Part shown: piece by piece, positions 56,380-57,359 of the stretch | Position numbering within the stretch: position 1 is the first letter of the stretch | How the letters are laid out: each line of letters starts with the position of its first letter | Assembly: GCF_006345805.1 (NCBI RefSeq) | Contig: NW_021833789.1 | Span: forward strand, 1-57,359 | Reading direction: 5' to 3' | Length of the DNA: 57,359 nt | DNA from: Octopus sinensis | Lineage: Eukaryota | The notes under the pieces: model-generated | Told to the model about the DNA's origin: nothing | Database searches by the model: none | What the model saw: the letters and a program-made list of their open reading frames with translations, nothing else | Position numbers and translations under genes: made by a program

Positions 56380-57359
56380 AAATATCAAAAGCGATATGGA
56401 AAAGAAAGACCAATACCTAGAGGTGGCTGAGGAAAAAATATCTGAAAGGATACATTGAGACATTCAGGAATAGGCTCTGAGAACTAATTCCACCAAGTTC
56501 CAAATGGATAAGAGTAGTGAGTAGCTACTTGGTAGGATGTGTGGTGAGTGAGTTTAGCTAATTAGCTGAAAAGGTGTAGAAAAGGAGGCATGATGACGTA
56601 GCTAGGTATATTTATTGGAGCTTCTGTGAGAAGTACGGCCATGAAAAGTCATTGAAATGGTATAGAGCCTAAAGCAGAAAATGTCCCCAAGAATAAGATC
56701 TTATGAATTTTTATTATCCAGTGTACTCAGAGGTTAATGCTCGGAAACCAGACATTGTTGTAGTTGACTAAATGATAGCGGTAACCAATTTCATAGGATA
56801 TTCTTTTCTACTCTAGGTACTAGGCCCGAAGTTTTTTGGGAGAGGGGCCAGTCGATTAGATCGACCCCATTACGCAACTGGTACTTAATTTATCGACCAC
56901 GAAAGGATGAAAGGCAAAGTTGACCTCAGCGGAATTTGAACACAGAAGGTAAAGACAGACGAAATACCGCTAAGTTTTTCGTCCTGCGTGCTAACGATTC
57001 TGCCAGCTCACCGCCTTATAATTATTCTTTTCTACTCTAGGCACAAGGCCCGAAATTTCTGGGGAGGGAGCCAGTTGATTAGATCGACCCCATTACGCAA
57101 CTGGTACTTAATTTATCGACCACGAAAGGATGAATGGCAAAGTCGACCTCGGCGGAATTTGAACTCAGAATGTAAAGACAGACGAAATACCGTTAAGTAT
57201 TTCGCCCAGCATGCTAACGTTTCTGCCAGCTCGCCGCTTGAATATTAGAGGATATTGCTATATCTTAAGATGTACAAGTTGATAATAAGGAATTGGAAAA
57301 GACAGATCGAGAAGTACAAGCCAGTAAAAGATTAGATTGCACAGATATGGGCAAAGAAC
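56380..57359 (+). mobile_element. Decayed R4/Dong-clade fragment interrupted by a SINE-B dimer
   Basis: IQE*ALRTN; RRHDDVARYIYW..CEKYG; ARKPDIVVVD; resumes DIAI..EKYK after 57249. Confidence 0.75.
56803..57248 (-). mobile_element. SINE-B dimer (tail type 2) with 8-bp target-site duplication
   Basis: AGGATATT at 56795-56802 and 57249-57256. Confidence 0.82.

Overview
Repeat-dominated eukaryotic (animal) DNA. It is most likely an octopus or other coleoid cephalopod; this is inferred from the SINE families and the very long (TATG)n/(TCTA)n/(TA)n/(AAT)n tracts. I cannot support any host protein-coding gene, tRNA, rRNA or CRISPR array, and almost all ORFs in the track are microsatellite translations. 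The window holds nested mobile elements: two decayed RTE LINEs, a 5'-truncated but frame-intact Tx1/L1-clade element inside an (ATCT)n tract, about eight R4/Dong-clade fragments mostly inside (AAT)n tracts, several Penelope-like (GIY-YIG) remnants, Tc1/mariner relics and MITEs, a hAT MITE, a non-autonomous Helitron, and at least four tRNA-derived SINE families. Best leads: (1) several hammerhead-ribozyme motifs, one near-canonical at 32584-32633 and an inverted pair at 49466-49668; (2) a very abundant SINE whose 3' tail matches the Tx1 element's 3' end and which forms head-to-tail arrays with a recurring junction, suggesting a Tx1-driven, possibly self-targeting SINE; (3) six same-strand inserts stacked in one (AAT)n tract, five with R4/Dong coding remnants and one with a stuttered 5' junction; (4) a SINE::hAT-MITE composite present twice; (5) a 95-bp near-perfect hairpin and a SINE-mediated 2.2-kb tandem duplication. 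All homology calls are by eye and need computational confirmation.
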